A DNA stretch of 64,000 nucleotides from Heptranchias perlo. Taxonomy: Eukaryota. The number at the start of each line of letters is the position of its first letter. The first letter of the stretch is position 1. A model generated the notes under the pieces. It did no database searches, was not told the origin of the DNA, and was given only the letters and a program-made list of their open reading frames with translations. Position numbers and translations under genes: made by a program. Of this stretch, positions 23,301 to 37,300 are shown piece by piece. Location of the stretch: contig NC_090332.1 of NCBI RefSeq assembly GCF_035084215.1, positions 35,030,001-35,094,000 on the forward strand, read 5' to 3'.

Positions 23301-24879
23301 TGATAGCCTCACCCAAAACACTGCATCCATTGGGTGAATACGTCACCTTCAGTCACTCACAGGTCTGTTTTTTTGCCTCTTGCAGGAGAAGAGAGCACAA
23401 AACGCAAGGGAGAGGATGAGGACTGGAGGTAGCCCTCCACAAATAGTCCAGCTGACAGATGAAGAGGAGGAGGCCATGGAGATAAGTGGGACATCTGCAT
23501 CCCTATCCATCAGATATGGAGAGATTGGGAACCCGCATATGCCTGGTGACAGAACTTAATCATCTTTCACACACATGATGACTTTATTTCATCAATGACT
23601 GAATTATGAGAAACCTGAGTATGGTGATTGGCAAGATTGTTACTTTGCCATAACTAATTCATATCGCTTTCTGTTGTCTTCCAGGGCCTTCACGCGTAAA
23701 AGAAGAATGTGCGGAGATGGATGACATCGATTCCTCAGAGGACCTCATTCCTTCTGAGGGTGCACCGTCACAGGACATACAGCCATGCACCAGCGCAGAT
23801 ACTCGCACTTCAGTGGGTCCTGTTAGTGCGTTAGTTGGGTTGTCACCTGGTGATTCACAACTCACAAGTGAGCATAAGCAGACACCGGTGGCAGGGTAAG
23901 CTGTGGAGAGTCCACGTAGGAGGGCACACTCCTCTCCAAGCTCAGCTCAGCTGGACATAGATGCTGAACCCTGGGGGCCATCGTTGAAAATGAGAAAGAT
24001 TGAGGTACAGCTGCACCTTTGGAAAATGTGCCACGTACACGCTTCACAATAGCGGAGAGGATGGAGGAGTCCAACTCTAACATTAGTGGATTGATGTCGC
24101 AGGTAATTGCGAGAATGTCTGCCATGGAGAGAATGGCCGCCTCCATGGAGCTTCAAGCACGGCTCTCAAATTAGTCTGTGCAGACCATGACCATGATCAT
24201 GGCTGTGCAGGAGATGTCTGCTGCCTTGAACAGGATGACAGATATCTTATCCGCGGCTTTGCAAAGCGAAACAGATCTGCTCCAAGCTGCCGTCCAGCAG
24301 AGTGGTTGAAGTAATGTGGCGCTGGCCTGGGAGAGGGATGATGGCGAAAGGGGACATGGAAATGGGAACTCCACTCAAAGCGCTCCCATGTCTCACCGGT
24401 TGCACCCGCCCACCCCCCCCCCCCCCCCAACCAGTACCCAAAATGCTGCCTCCTCTCCCGATGGCTGAGTCTGCCCCTGAACAGGTCATGGCAGGGATCT
24501 GAGCAGCCTGCCTCAACCTCTGCTGAAGGCATGGGGGATGCATCACGTAGAAGCAGTAGGAGGCATAAGTTCAAGCAATTGTAGTTCATCAAGGGTAAGC
24601 TCAAGGGTGTTTGAAGAAATGTTATGTTGTTAAGTTCCCTTTTTTTTTTGTATTGGCACATTAAATGTATTGCTTAGCCATTGTTGCATCCCGAGTGCTA
24701 TGTCGCCCTTTCATTTGTTTCATGATGAATGCCAATACATGATGGTAGCCATTGGGCGGATGTGCAATGGGTGTGTGCATGGTTGAAGGACTGTTTTGTG
24801 CAGTGGGGTTGGGGTGGGCGGGGGGTGGTTGGTGGTGGTTGTGCCAGCCGGCTTGAGTATCTCAATGTCTCTCTTATTG

Positions 24880-26075
24880 CCACTGTTATTAAGAGAACCT
24901 GTGTAAATGAGGGCTTCCCGGGCAGCAATGTGCGCGGCTGGTCTGGTGATGGGTGCCCCAACTTCATATTCCTCCTCGTACTCCTCATCCTCTTTCTCTT
25001 TTTCCATGTTGGCCCAACACAGGATGATTGATGAGTGCCTTCTTCCTCCTCCACCTCTAAACCTCTCTGCTGCACTCTGTTGTGCAGGACCACAGCACAC
25101 CACGATTATACTGGAGACCCTCGCTGGCGAGTACTGAAGGGCACCTCCAGACCTATCCAGGCACCTGAAGCGTACCTTCAACATGCTTGCTCAATGATAC
25201 ACCTGGGGGTCATGTGACTTTGGTTGTATTACTCTTGTGTCTTGTTGGTGGGGTTCCTCAAAGGTGTCATGAATCATTGCAGGGTCTATCCCTTGTCTTC
25301 AACGAGCCAGCCCTTAAGTCTGTCTCCTGTTTGGAAGAGATCTGGAATGTTGGACTAGCGCAGAATGAACACATCATGACAGCTGCCAGGGAAGTTGGCG
25401 CACACCTGCATAAATCGCTTCTTGAGGTTGTACACCAGCTGTGCATTGATGGAGTGAAAGCCATTTCGGTTTATGAAGACTCCTGGCTGATGTGGTGGTC
25501 CTCGGATTGCCACGTGTGTGCAATCGATTGCGCCCTATACCCAAGGGAAGCCAGCTAGAGAGGCGAAACCCACTGTCCGCTCATTCTGGCTATTGTCGCC
25601 ATGGGGGACGTTCACGTATGCGGACGCCCTGGCAAACAATCCATCCATCACCTGCCTTATGTGTACACGACTGACACACACTGGAGATGTCACCAGTGGC
25701 GCACTGGAAGGATCCAGAGGCAAAGAAATTGAGGACAGTGGCTACTTTTACTGCAACGGGCAATATGTGGCCTCCAGATCCAGCAGGGAGCAACTCATCC
25801 TCAAGGAGGCTGCAAATATATGCGACTGCCTGCCGATTCAATCTGAGCCTGCGTGGGCACTGCTCCTCAGAGAGGTCCAGGAAGCTCAGCCTCTGCCTAT
25901 GTGCCCTCTCACATGGGTTGTGCCAGTTGCAACCTCTCTGCTGTGCTCCAGATCGATGTTGCGCGCCTCTCTCTTGTGCACCTGCAGATCCCAACACAGC
26001 ACGACGTGGCTATCATGGATGGTCATTTTCTTCCTCCTCAGATGTCCTCTGAAATACATCCATTGTGCCCCCCAT
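24880..26075 (-). pseudogene. HARBI1-like DDE transposase pseudogene
   Basis: Minus-strand reading [17 protein letters not shown]...[13 protein letters not shown]...FPGSCHD...GWLVEDKG*...MTPLRNP...YNQSH...IIEQA...LKVRFRCLDRSGGALQYSP. All three D/D/E motifs are present, with stops and frameshifts. Confidence 0.92.
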
Positions 26076-27301
26076 CCTGATCCAGTCAGTTTGAGAGACT
26101 CCAAAGTTTTGCTAAAGATGTCTCCACACAAGAACTTTCAGTCTCCACACAAGAACTCTCAGCCAAACATTTGCCTGAGAGAACCGAGAGACCAGCTGCA
26201 AGATGGGTCAATCACAGGTTTAAAAACCCAAATTAACTTTGGCCGAATCTCGTCTCTGTTTCACTGGTGAGATTCAGAAGTCCCAGGAAACACATGCTGG
26301 AGACGTTAAATTGGAATCAGTTTCAGAATCAATTTAAAAAAAACCTACCTCAAGTATGTCAACTAGGTAAATTGCCTCGCTAACGATCCACTCACTGGCA
26401 GTAATTGGGGCCGCGACATACGTGAATTGGCTGCGTGCACATCCAAACGCGCCAACATTAAACCCAAACTGGGCGCGTTTGTTGGAGTTGGGTTGCGGTC
26501 GCGATCGCAAAAACTAGAATTTTCTCCTCCCACCCGACTCCATTAAGTTCCCCCTCATCCTCCTTAAGAGAGTATAATTCCATGTGGACAATCTTTCAAC
26601 TCAGCCCCCTAATTTCAGGTAACAACCTATATACCTCCTCTGGACTGCATCTTGTTTTGTAATACAGAGATCATAACTGAGCACAGCATTCCAGATGTTG
26701 TCTTTAAAAGGCTAGATTCAAAATCATTTCCATTGAGTTATAAGTCACATCCCGAACTATACGTAGCAACATTTTATTTGCTTTCCTGACCCCGTGTGAA
26801 CACTGGACTGATGCTATCAATGACCTAACCACCAAATTCCTCAGATCATTTTCTTGCTCTGTTACCTCAAGCACCTGATATACTTAAAGAAAATGCATTG
26901 TGTCTGCTATATTCCTCTCATGTTCCCTCTATCTGCCTTTTATTAATTTCAAGGCATACCTCTGCTTGATTTTACAGTTCTCTCTATATTGTTCCTTGTT
27001 GGTAGATTTATACATTTTATTAGCGTTTTCTTTTCTATAATGCCTTCCCTGAGTGTGCTTTTCATCCATATCAGTTTCACTTTCCTGTTTTGTTCTCAAT
27101 TGATTTTTGGAATAAACTGCATCTGCAATGTAGAAATATCTCCTTAAAGCCCTCTCATTCCCCCACCCCCCTACATCCTTTCCTTTAAATAGTTTTTCCC
27201 CATTCTTTTCCTGGAACATGTCATCCCCTCAAAGTCTGCTCTTCTGAATTCTTAACAGTTTTTATTAACTGTTCTGTCCTCAATTGAACTTTAAAATTAA
27301 C

Positions 27302-27425
27302 GGGGGTGAAAGTGGTCTTTGGCTGTAGCACAAAACAGGCTAAAAGAAAATCGGGCGAGTGTAAAACGGGCAGCCGATTGGTTATCACCTGTTCTGTGCT
27401 ACCGCTGAAGACCAACTTCACTTCC
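27302..27425. mobile_element. Hairpin MITE (Harbinger-type)
   Basis: Imperfect inverted arms of about 39 bp (ggggtgaaagtggtctttggctgtagcacaaaacagg / cctgttctgtgctaccgctgaagaccaacttcacttcc). TSD AAC on both sides. Confidence 0.75.
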
Positions 27426-28570
27426 AACAACTTTATGATCACAAACCCCAAATGTTCTCTACTTCAGCTTGCCTTGTTATTCCCTCTTCATCACTTAGGA
27501 GCAAATCCAATATTGCCTTCACTCTTATGGGTTCCCTCATTTGCTGTTTTAAGAAAATAATCTTGAAGTACTTGAATAAACTCCGTCATGCATACAGGTT
27601 GCCCCCACTGTAAGTCCCAGCCTGTGTCAGGAAGATTACAGCTGAGGCCTTAGCATTAATGATCTCCTTCAGCAGTACACCCACTTTTTTATTTCGCAGA
27701 GTGAAGCTCCTACACTTTTTCATCCTCAAAACGTCATCTTCCAATTGCACCCATTGTGAATTTTTAACTCCTGTATCAGCCATTCTTGTGACCAGTTTGA
27801 GAGAAGCTACCAACATGCTGAATTTTGAGTAGTTTTGTGCCATAAGCTAATGACCATCGGAAACTACAAGGAAGCTAAAAGCAAAAATATTAATACTCTC
27901 TGACAGATGTACAGCCTTGGGATAATAGGATCTAGTGATGAGAAATCAAATTGCACCTTGAATAATGAACCACCATTCATTATAACATTAATTTCATTAG
28001 CTACTATTCTGAACTGCTGGGTCTGTAGATCCCCCATTACAAAGTCATCTGATTATAGTAGGATATATTTAAGAACAGATACAAATACATCCAGCCCTCA
28101 CTTTTCTACCTGTTAAAGTTGATGGGCTGAAAACCATGGCATAGCGAGTGCAGGACCAGAAAACCCCAGCCCTAATGATTATCTTTTAACGACTGCTGCT
28201 CATCTATAAGCAAGGAATGAGAGAATTTTTGTTATGATGTTGTCTTCCTGTTATCTATCTCTGTCAAACTGTAACTTGTCACCTTTACAGCTTAAAAAAG
28301 GCTTCATGTGATTTTAACCAAACTTCATAAATGTCTTTCAAGCATCAAACACTGGGTCCCATGTGGAAATATTAATGCTCAGCGCTATTCAGTGGATCAC
28401 AGTGAATATTTAGTACAAAATAAAACTCATAATTTTTCTACCTATGAACATTAAACCCCCAACATCTTGTTACAAATGTTCAAATTGATAAAACAATTTT
28501 AAAGCTGGCTTGGACTTTTTTTTAACTGATTAAGAAGATGCTACATTGAGAACAAAGGCAATGAGACATA

Positions 28571-29367
28571 GGGCTCAATTTTGAATTGGTGGCGGGTTGG
28601 CAGTTGGGGGGTGAAGGTGCGTGTGGCAAACCCGCATAAACAAAACTTACTGGTTCTGACGCGATCGCATGATGATTGCTGATGATTAACGTGCTCTCCG
28701 GGTTTCACGCCAGGCAGCCAGCCTGATTGACAGGCTGGCTGCCGTCAGGAGCTGCAACGCGAGGTGGGGGGAGAGAAAGAGAGAGAACGAGACATCATCC
28801 GGTGCTGGAACGGACGATCGGGTGGGGGGGGTGGTGGGGAGAGATGGGAAGATTGGTGGGGGGTGGGGGGGAGAGAGGGGAAGGTTGGGGGGGGAGAGGG
28901 GAAGATCAGGAGGACATCAGGGGGTTAAGAGGGGAAGATTGGGAGGACATCGGGGGGGGTGAAGAGGGGGACATCGGAGAAGGAGACATTGGAGTGAGGT
29001 GGAAAGGTAGATTGATTTTGTGTTTTAACTTCCTTCAGTGGTTTTTGATGTAATTTATTTTGTTTCTTTCTCCCTGATCCGGCCCTCCCAGGCGTGAATC
29101 AGAAGCATTAAAAATTGTTACAACCAAGTCATCTGTCACAAGTAAAGTGTCTTAAGTACCTCAATGAGGTACATTTGGCTCTTTAACTATCATCGAGCCG
29201 GCGGGACTTCCAGTTTCGAGATGCCCGCGCGCACACAGGTGCGTCCTTGGGAAACCCGGACGTCGGCAGGTTGGAGCCGGCTTCCAAAGCTGAACGGGAT
29301 TTCCGCGATTTTCGGAGCCCCTCCCCCGCCTCCAATGCACCCGCAATTTCTCTGTAAAATTGAGCCC
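28571..29367. mobile_element. Non-coding Harbinger MITE related to copies 1 and 2
   Basis: Perfect 12-bp TIR GGGCTCAATTTT and TSD ATA. The right ~200 bp aligns with 12110-12294. G-rich internal repeats. Confidence 0.9.
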
Positions 29368-30289
29368 ATAATGAGAGTTGATGGATGGGAGGCTGGGAAT
29401 GTTCTGTGAGACATTGTAAAGCTCTACAACTTCATTATATTGTGCTGTAAAATCTTGCATAGATCCCAGCCTCAGCATACTGCAATGTTAAAATATATTT
29501 TATATGTAACCTCACAGCCTCATTATACTTGTTATACTGCTCTGTAGAACACCACATAGCTTCAACTGCACAACATTGCAATGGAAAGCTATATGTAGCC
29601 TGATCATATTGCACTTTAAACCAATGTATAGCTTCCAGTCTCTCTATTTTGGTCAGCTCCACTGTACTGTATTTATTGCAGCTCCCTACTTAAATGATAT
29701 ACATATATTCACAAGACTAAGTAGATCTTGAGCTCTGCAGATAGTCTTTCACAGATAATGATATTAACTGTTTTGGATATCTCAGAGTGCTTTGCTGTGG
29801 ATGTTTGATCTCTTCGTTAGTACTGTATTAATGTTAACAGCTGATGAGCTTTAAAGCACAGGAGACTGAATAATAGTAACATAGGTGCTCAAAACTTCAA
29901 TAGGAAATACCATGTCTAACTTAGATGAATATACACATTTAGTTTGGTATGCCACTCCCTGGGTTTTAGTGAGCTTTGTCTTATAGTTAGACTTAATCAT
30001 CATTTTAAAGTTTTCATTTAAAATAAAAATCATTGTTACATAGCAAAAACATTTTGCAGATCTGTCTCTTACTGGTTTATGCCACTTTTCTGTACTTAAA
30101 TATAACATTTTAAATGCAGTAGAATTAGAAAGAAATGTGTGTGACTCGTGTGTTTTTGATGGTGCATAAAAGAGATGAGGAAAAACACTCAAAAGTTGCA
30201 CATAGGTATAAATGTTGTGCAGCTCACAGAAATCATGAGAGTTTGCAAGTCTATTTGTTCTTGAGTGAATATCCGTAAAACCTAAGAAC

Positions 30290-30680
30290 ATAAAAACATT
30301 AATTTAAGGGACAGAGAGAGGTCATAAAAGCCCTACAATGCTACCTCTTTTTGCCTGATCTCCCCCCATGTGACTGCCTTTTTAACATATCTCTCAATCT
30401 TATTTCTTTCCAGATACACTTTTGCTTGCCTCATGAACCCTTTCGTATTATTTTCTTCAGTGGCCCTGGTAATTTATTCTACAAGTATATTACCCGTGGT
30501 ATAAAAACATTCTGCCTGACTTCCCTACTCAATCCTAACTTCCTCATCTTTAAATTGAGCCCCCTGATGTTTGAACCCTTTGCCAAAGTGAACAATTTGC
30601 TTGGATCAAATTTATTACTTCCCCTTATAGTTTTGAAAACTCCAAGTCTGCTGTTTTCACTCCTTAGCCTTCCTCATAAC
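30290..30680 (-). mobile_element. Decayed CR1 3' fragment
   Basis: Tail-like taagaacataaaaacat and a degenerate reverse of the CR1 C-terminal coding region. Confidence 0.45.
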
Positions 30681-33149
30681 AATAATAGCAATATGACCGT
30701 TCCAGTGTTACAGTTGAGTGTTGTAGAAAAAGAGGACAGTAATATTGTTTGACATGCAGTCTCACAATTTCTACTAATAAGTTTATGAAATTGCCCTCCT
30801 GGACAGAAAGCCATGGTGGGTGTTGAGTGTCCAAGTTTTTGACATGAGCTCCCAGTAGGTGAGGGTCTGCGTCAGGATTGTGATTTTGTAAAATTACCCC
30901 TTTATATTGACCAAATAAAGTATATAAACATCTGGTTTAAAAAAAAGATCTCTTTTCTGTTTTCGGTTTGTGTAACATTCAGATGCCAAGAAAACTCATT
31001 TTGAAAATGTGTAGAAAAATTTTCCCAGATTGTGCTTAAAATAAAACTCTGTTTACCTACAAGAGTACATTGCACTGCACAGTACACTGAATGTATTTTA
31101 AGAATGCCCTCAAGGAATTAGTTGAAGTTTTAAAAACACAACTTAGTAATCCTTTAAACACTTTATTGAATTAGACAGTTAAGGAATCAATGAAAACCCA
31201 TATGTTCTGATAATGTTACCAGGTATGTTATCAACCAAACATTAATTAAGTGTTCATTGTAAGGTAATGGGTAGTTGGAATCCTGGCTGATTTTCCAGTG
31301 ACTCCAGCTGGAAAAGTATGTGTGGACATTGGATTACAACTGGAACGGGCTTAGATGTAATGTGCCTCAGGGTTGAAATCCCTGCAGGTGCTCACTGCTT
31401 GGGCTCGCGGTGAGGTAGTGGAAGATGGCTGAAAATCTGGAATCATATTCCAGCATGCCTTCAGAGAAAATTGGAGAGGGACAGGGGAAAAGTTGTCTTT
31501 ATAAAGGTATGAATGGATGTAGGAACAGTGATTTTTTTTGTTGAGTCTTGACATTACATCTGTGCTCATCTTACAACTGTACACCTGCTAGGCCTCAGTC
31601 ACAGTGTGTTAATTGGACCACATTGTTTATGTCAAGGTAATACCAGATTACTTATGTGCCTATTACAACTTGGGCCCAGAGACTCATGGGACAGTGCGAC
31701 AGCTGCAATCCTCCTTTTTGCTCATTTCCAATGTTCTGGCTAATGTCAATGAGGATGTGTTTCAGTAAACAAACCACCAATCGATCACCCTGCAGTCACA
31801 TGGCTACTGCGTTTCCCATCCACAAGGACTCATTTGTGAACAACTCCTGTCAGCTGAATGCCATAACACAGGAAAAATGATTATTGGTCTAGCAGATTCT
31901 GCTGTGGAGATAGCAGCGCTTTAACTGCCAAGACTAATGCAGTTATGATTTGTTAATCTCAGGCTCTCTTGTTCTGCTTAATGCGGAGCTGAATTTTCAA
32001 CAGAAATGGTACAAGTGCTGGCCTCAGTCTGCATTGTAAATTTGTTCAAAGAATTACATGAGCTTTTGCTGTACTCTAGTGTTTTAGTCAGAGTTGATGG
32101 CAGAAGAAAATCGGACGTCAGGGATAGAGAAAAAGGCTGTTGACCAAACACTCAATAATTTTTGTGGTTTTTAAAAAATAAATATATTTGTTTTTAAGCC
32201 CAAAAGAGAAAAACAAGAATATTCTAACTGGACTGGTGTCAGGCTTGAAGAGAAGACTCAATTTAAAAAAAAAGTGTTTTATACCCTTTGAATTATGGTA
32301 ATAGATCTCCCAGCTGATGTGAATTGCATAAACTTAGTTTAACCATTATTTAAAGCAGGAGATCCAGGAGCTGAATGTTCCCCTCCCCCTTACATAGCAG
32401 AACACAAACTCCCTGGTGAGAGCAAAGTACCAGCACATTGTGTTCTGGGACAACTAGTGTTTGCATTCTTGCCACACTGTAAATTCAACCCAGGCCATTT
32501 TGGCACTCTTTAAAGGGGCATGGTCTTCATGAAAAAGTTCATCTGGAAACACATACCATGTTAATGTAAATTGTGTTGAAATACATTGTTCCATTACCTC
32601 AGTGACAAAAATGACACACGAATAAAGCTGTACTTCATCCATAAACACAAAGATTTGTCAAACATCTTTACAGTTCACTTGCATTTGAAGCGGTCTGTTT
32701 ATTCCAACCAGCTTTGCCTACAAGTATTCAACTCTTGCCGAGAGTACTGGTGCTTAATAAACGATGTCTAGGTGTAGTATAACATAGGCCTATATTGCAC
32801 TCGATCATTTAAATTGGCTATTTGCCAATCTGCTGCTCATTACATTGTATTGCATTTCTTTAAAAGGAAATCTTGAAGAAGGAAATATTTTACTGACCAC
32901 CGGAAGTGATCCCATGAAGAGATCTCTTTGTGTTTGACATCTAGATGTGGGATTCATCATGTGAGTCTGGAGGTCTATCACAATTATGGAGACTGAACCT
33001 TGCCCACAACAAAAAAAAGCATCTTAATTATCCCAGTATGTCAGGCTTACTTTTTTGCACCTCACCAGACTAGAGATGAAGCAAACCAGAGTGAGTTATT
33101 TCTCGGAGTGACATCTGGGTCCTAAGAAGATTCAGTGAGAGTTCCCCTT

Positions 33150-33960
33150 TAAAACTACTGTCACATCACTTCTCAAGAAGTCCACCTTTGACTCTTAACT
33201 CCTTTCCAACTACTGACCCATTTATAACCACTTTCTAAAGTCCTTAAACATATCTCCAGCCAACTCCGCACCCATCTCTTCCACCACTCCTTTCAGCCTA
33301 GTTCCCACCTCCACCCACAACACCGAGACCAAACTGCTCAAAGTCATTATTTTCCTATGTACTATGACCAACATGTTATAGTGATCATCCTCCCTGTTCT
33401 CTCCGTGGCACAGTCAATCATTCCATCCTCTGCCATTTCTTCCCCATGGTCCACCTCCATCGCATCTCTTTATCATAGTTCCATTACTATCTGTTCAATG
33501 TGGAACATCTCCGTTAGCTTCCTCTCCTGTCCTCGTACAGTTACGTCCTGCATGCCTCAAGGCTCCATGCTTGGCTTCCTGTTTTTTCTCATCTACATTC
33601 TGCTGCACAGGAACATCATCCATAAACATGGCACAGCTTTCATATGTATGCCAATAACAATCAATTTTACCTTCCCACCACCACTGTTGGCTCCAGGACT
33701 GCTTGTCAGAACTTTCTCTGGCTTAACATTGGCACAATGCCCCCACAAACTCTGTGCCTCATGCACCAGTTTTACTTTCAGGCTGCTCACTCAGACTGAC
33801 CTTACTAAGTGCAACATCAGTGTCCTGTTCAACCATGAACCGAACTTCATATCCCATATCTGATCCCATCACCAAGATCATCAACTTCCACCTTCGTAAC
33901 ATCTCCTGCCTACATCCGCACTTCACCTGTCTTCTACAGCTTTGCCACCTAGGGGTTTGA
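33150..33960 (+). mobile_element. Decayed L2-clade LINE RT fragment
   Basis: MPQGSMLGFLFFLIYIL...IIHKHG resembles L2 VPQGSVLGP..F.IY; also cacaacaccgagacc (HSTET motif) and ttccaccttcgtaacatc (FHLRNI). Confidence 0.75.
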
Positions 33961-34264
33961 TGTCACCATTATTTTTTACACCTTTCTACAAGTATCAGTC
34001 CTGTGCTACTGATTAGGACACTGCAGAGGTAGTAAAATTGGCTGTGTTGACCTGCAATTTATTTCCTTTTGAACATTACTTTGTGCAGAAGGGGAGGATA
34101 GTAGCTATTGCCCCGGCTGTAGATTGTAGAAGGAAGAGAAAATAGAGGGAGTGAGGAGTTCACAGTTTTGGGAATGAATGAGTTGGAGTAAGAAGTGATG
34201 TGATGAGTAGGTTTCATTACAGCGAGCATGCAGGAAGGAGAAAAAGTGTATAGGAGTTTTTAAA

Positions 34265-34698
34265 TTCATCTTTGGGATGTGGATGTCAGTGGCAAGGTCA
34301 GTGTGGCGGTGATAGAGAGGGTGGATATTGAGTTCCCCTTGAGAAGGTGGTGGTGAGCCACCTTGAACCGCTGCAGTCTGCGTGGTGAAGGTACTCCCAC
34401 ATTGCTGCTTTTATAGTGGTTTGATACAGCTGAATGGTTTGCTAGGCCTCTTAAGAAGGTGGTTATGAGTCAACCACAATATGGGACTGGATTAGGATGG
34501 CAAGTTTCCTTCCCTAAAGAACATTAGTAAACCAGTTGGGGTTTTTACAATAATCCAACAGCTTCTTGGTTACTTTTACAAAACTGAATTCAAATTCTCA
34601 AACTGCCATGGTAGGATTTGAACACACGTTCTACTAGATTAATAGCCTAGACCTCTGGATTAGTAGTCCGGTAGCCTGACCACTATGCCACCGTACCC
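34265..34698 (-). mobile_element. tRNA-derived SINE sharing its 3' tail with the second LINE family
   Basis: Minus-strand head ggtacggtggcatagtgg...gtgttcaaatcc. The tail ccttgagaaggtggtggtgagcc...gaaccgctgcagtc matches 14311-14380. Confidence 0.75.
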
Positions 34699-35247
34699 AA
34701 TTTAAGGATGGTGTATTTGAAGCTTGGAACGACTGTAGGGAGAGTTTAGAATTGCAATAACCATAGTAATATGGATGAAATAGATATAGATAAGAAAAGT
34801 TGCAATGTGGAGAGATTGGAGGCTGGAGATGATAGAAGAATCATCCATCAGATGATGAGCTTTTAGGTATGTGAGAGTGGTGTTTAGGCATGTGAGAGGT
34901 GTGTTGGAAGAGGCTTCCAAGATATGAGAGCACTATGCAAGTCTTGGTCGGAGTTGGGCTTCAGAAAGTTAAGAATTGTTGAGGGGGGGGGGGGAATATT
35001 GTTTGGGATGAAAGAGAGAACCAGTGTTTTTGGAGATCGCTTTAGCAATGGAGGAGATGTGGAAATTACATCTGAGATTAGAGGAGAAAGTGAGGCCAGG
35101 AATGTTGCGAGCAGATCCAGTGAACATAAGAGTTGGTAGCAGTTGGTTAGACTTGTGAGATATATAAAGGAACTACGCCTCAAAACACTAAAAGGTTTTC
35201 ATTGCCTCATCAAAGGGCATGGAGGAGATCAAGAAATAGTGATTCAG

Positions 35248-35775
35248 ATTTTTATTATTTGTTCTTGGGATGTGGGTGATGCTGGTAAAACTACACTTGT
35301 TGCCCATCCCTACTTGTCCTTAGAAGGGGGTGGTGGGCCGACTCTTTGAACTGCTGCAGTCCTCGTGGTGATGGTGTTCCCACAATGGTATTAGTTAGGG
35401 AATTCGAGGATATTAATACAGCAATGATATATGAACAGTGATAAATATTCAAGTCAGGATGGTATGTGACTTGGAGGCGATGGTGTTCCCACAACATTTC
35501 TGCTCTTGTCCTTCTTGGTTGTAAAGGTCATAGTCGATTTAACCTTGGTGAATTGCTGCAGTGTATTTTGTAGATGGTGCATACTGCAGCCACAGTACTG
35601 CGGTGATAGAGGGGGTGGATATTAACCCTGGTAATAGAGATGCCAATTAAGCCAACTTCTCTATCCTGGATGGTGTTGAGCTTCTTTGAATGTTCTTGCA
35701 ACTGCACCCATCCAGGGTAGTGATGAGTATTTCATCATGCACCTGACTTGAGCCTTGTAAGTGGTGGAGAGGCTA
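35248..35775 (-). mobile_element. Older copy of the second LINE family 3' end
   Basis: Aligns with 14240-14620 and 12770-12920, with more divergence. Confidence 0.8.
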
Positions 35776-35944
35776 TTTTACACCAAGAGAAATGGAGGTT
35801 GTATTCTATGATGGCATGCAATGTGAAGGAAGTGAATGACTGGAGAGTAGAATCATCACCAGAAGAATGGACAGGGCTATTGTGCTCACTGAATATGGGA
35901 TGTGAGATGTGAGAGGTGGGAAACAAAACTGTTTCATTTTAGAC

Positions 35945-37300
35945 ACCTGTATTAGTATTGAGGTCTAGCACAGGCCAGAAGCAATGTAAAAGTCCCCGTA
36001 CTTCCCCAACAATGTGCTTTAAACCTTACCTTGGAAAGGCAGGCCATTTCACCAGTGTGAATCATAACCATAGAATCAAAGAAATTTACGGCACAGAAGG
36101 AGGCCATTTGGCCCATCGTTTCTGTGCCGGCCGAAAAAGAGCTATCCAGCCTAATCCCACTTTCCAGCTCTTGGTCCATGTAGTCTTGTAGGTTGCAGTA
36201 CTCCCAAGTGCAGATCCAAGTACTTTTTTAAAGTGATGAGGGTTTCTGCCTCTACCACTCTTCCAGGCAGTGAGTTCCAGATCCCCACCATCCTCTGGGT
36301 GAAAAAATTTCTCCTCAACTCCCTGCTAATTCTTCTACAAATTACTTTAAATCTATGCCCCCTGGTTTTTGACCTCTTTGCTAAGGGAAATAGGTCCTTC
36401 CTATCCACTCTATCTAGGCCCCTCATAATTTTATACACCTCAATTAAATCTCCCCTCAGCTGCCTCTGTTCCAAAGAAAACAACCCCAGCCTATCCAATC
36501 TTTCCTCATAGCTAAAATTCTCCTGTCTTGGCAACATCCTCGGAAATCTCCTCTGTGGCCTCTCTAGTGCATTCACATCTTTCCTGTAATGTGGTGACTG
36601 GAACTGTAAGCAGTACTATAGCTGTGGCCTAACTAGTGTTTTATACAGTTCTAGCATAACTTCCCTTCTCTTATATTCTATGCCTCGACTAATAAAGGAA
36701 AGTATCCTGTATGCCTTCTTAACCACCTTATCTAGCTGTCCTGCTACCTTCAGGGATCTGTAGACATGCACTCCAAGGTCCCTCTGTTAGAATCATAGAA
36801 TCATATCATAGAAAGGTTACAGCATGGAAGAGGCCATTCAGCCCATTGAGTCCATGCTAGCTCTATGCAAGAGCAATCCAGCTGGTCCTACTCCCCCGCC
36901 CTATCCCCATAGGCTCACAATTTTTTTCCTTTCAAGTACTTATCCAGTTCCTTTTTGAAGGCCATGATTGTTCCTCTACACTTCTCAGTATCCTCCCATT
37001 TATTGTGTACTGTGTATTCCCTTGCCTTGTTTGCCGTCCCCAAATGCATTACCTCACATTTCTCCGGATTGAATTCCATTTGCACTTTTCTGCCCACCTG
37101 ACCAGTCCATTGATATCTTCCTGCAGTTTTATCTGAACGTTTCCATTTCCCGCATCAGTCATCATCGTTGCCTCACAGTGTGATTACCAGTTAACGATGA
37201 ATCATGAGTAGTTTGTGCTGTTGTGTGGATTTGAACAGAGTCCAGTCTCAGTGATGAAAGGGCAAGGTGCTGACTCATGCCATCATCCAGTTCACCCCTT
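35945..37300 (-). mobile_element. LF-SINE-like element split by the CR1 (pieces about 35945-36065 and 37130-37300)
   Basis: Minus strand has a tRNA-like head gccctttcatcactgagactggactctgttcaaatcca and a 3' part ccaaggtaaggtttaaagcacattgttggggaagtac resembling the LF-SINE consensus as recalled. Not verified by alignment. Confidence 0.45.
36068..37128 (-). mobile_element. CR1 3' fragment with a further CR1 tail nested at about 36788-36970
   Basis: ORF 36151-36576 (FSYEERLDRLGLFSLEQR...TRGHRFKV). A second tail agaatcatagaatc at 36788; the RT remnant resumes to about 37128. Confidence 0.88.

Larger units (their letters stand above)
22351..26540 (+). mobile_element. Older, divergent full two-gene Harbinger (copy 3), inserted in a decayed CR1
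   Basis: Myb gene on + (ATG 22602, MDSKTARAAPRFTDASLEV..., same intron positions, in-frame stops) and full-length transposase on -. The left terminus ggccatgattttt is TIR-like, and the right terminus is eroded. Confidence 0.85.
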
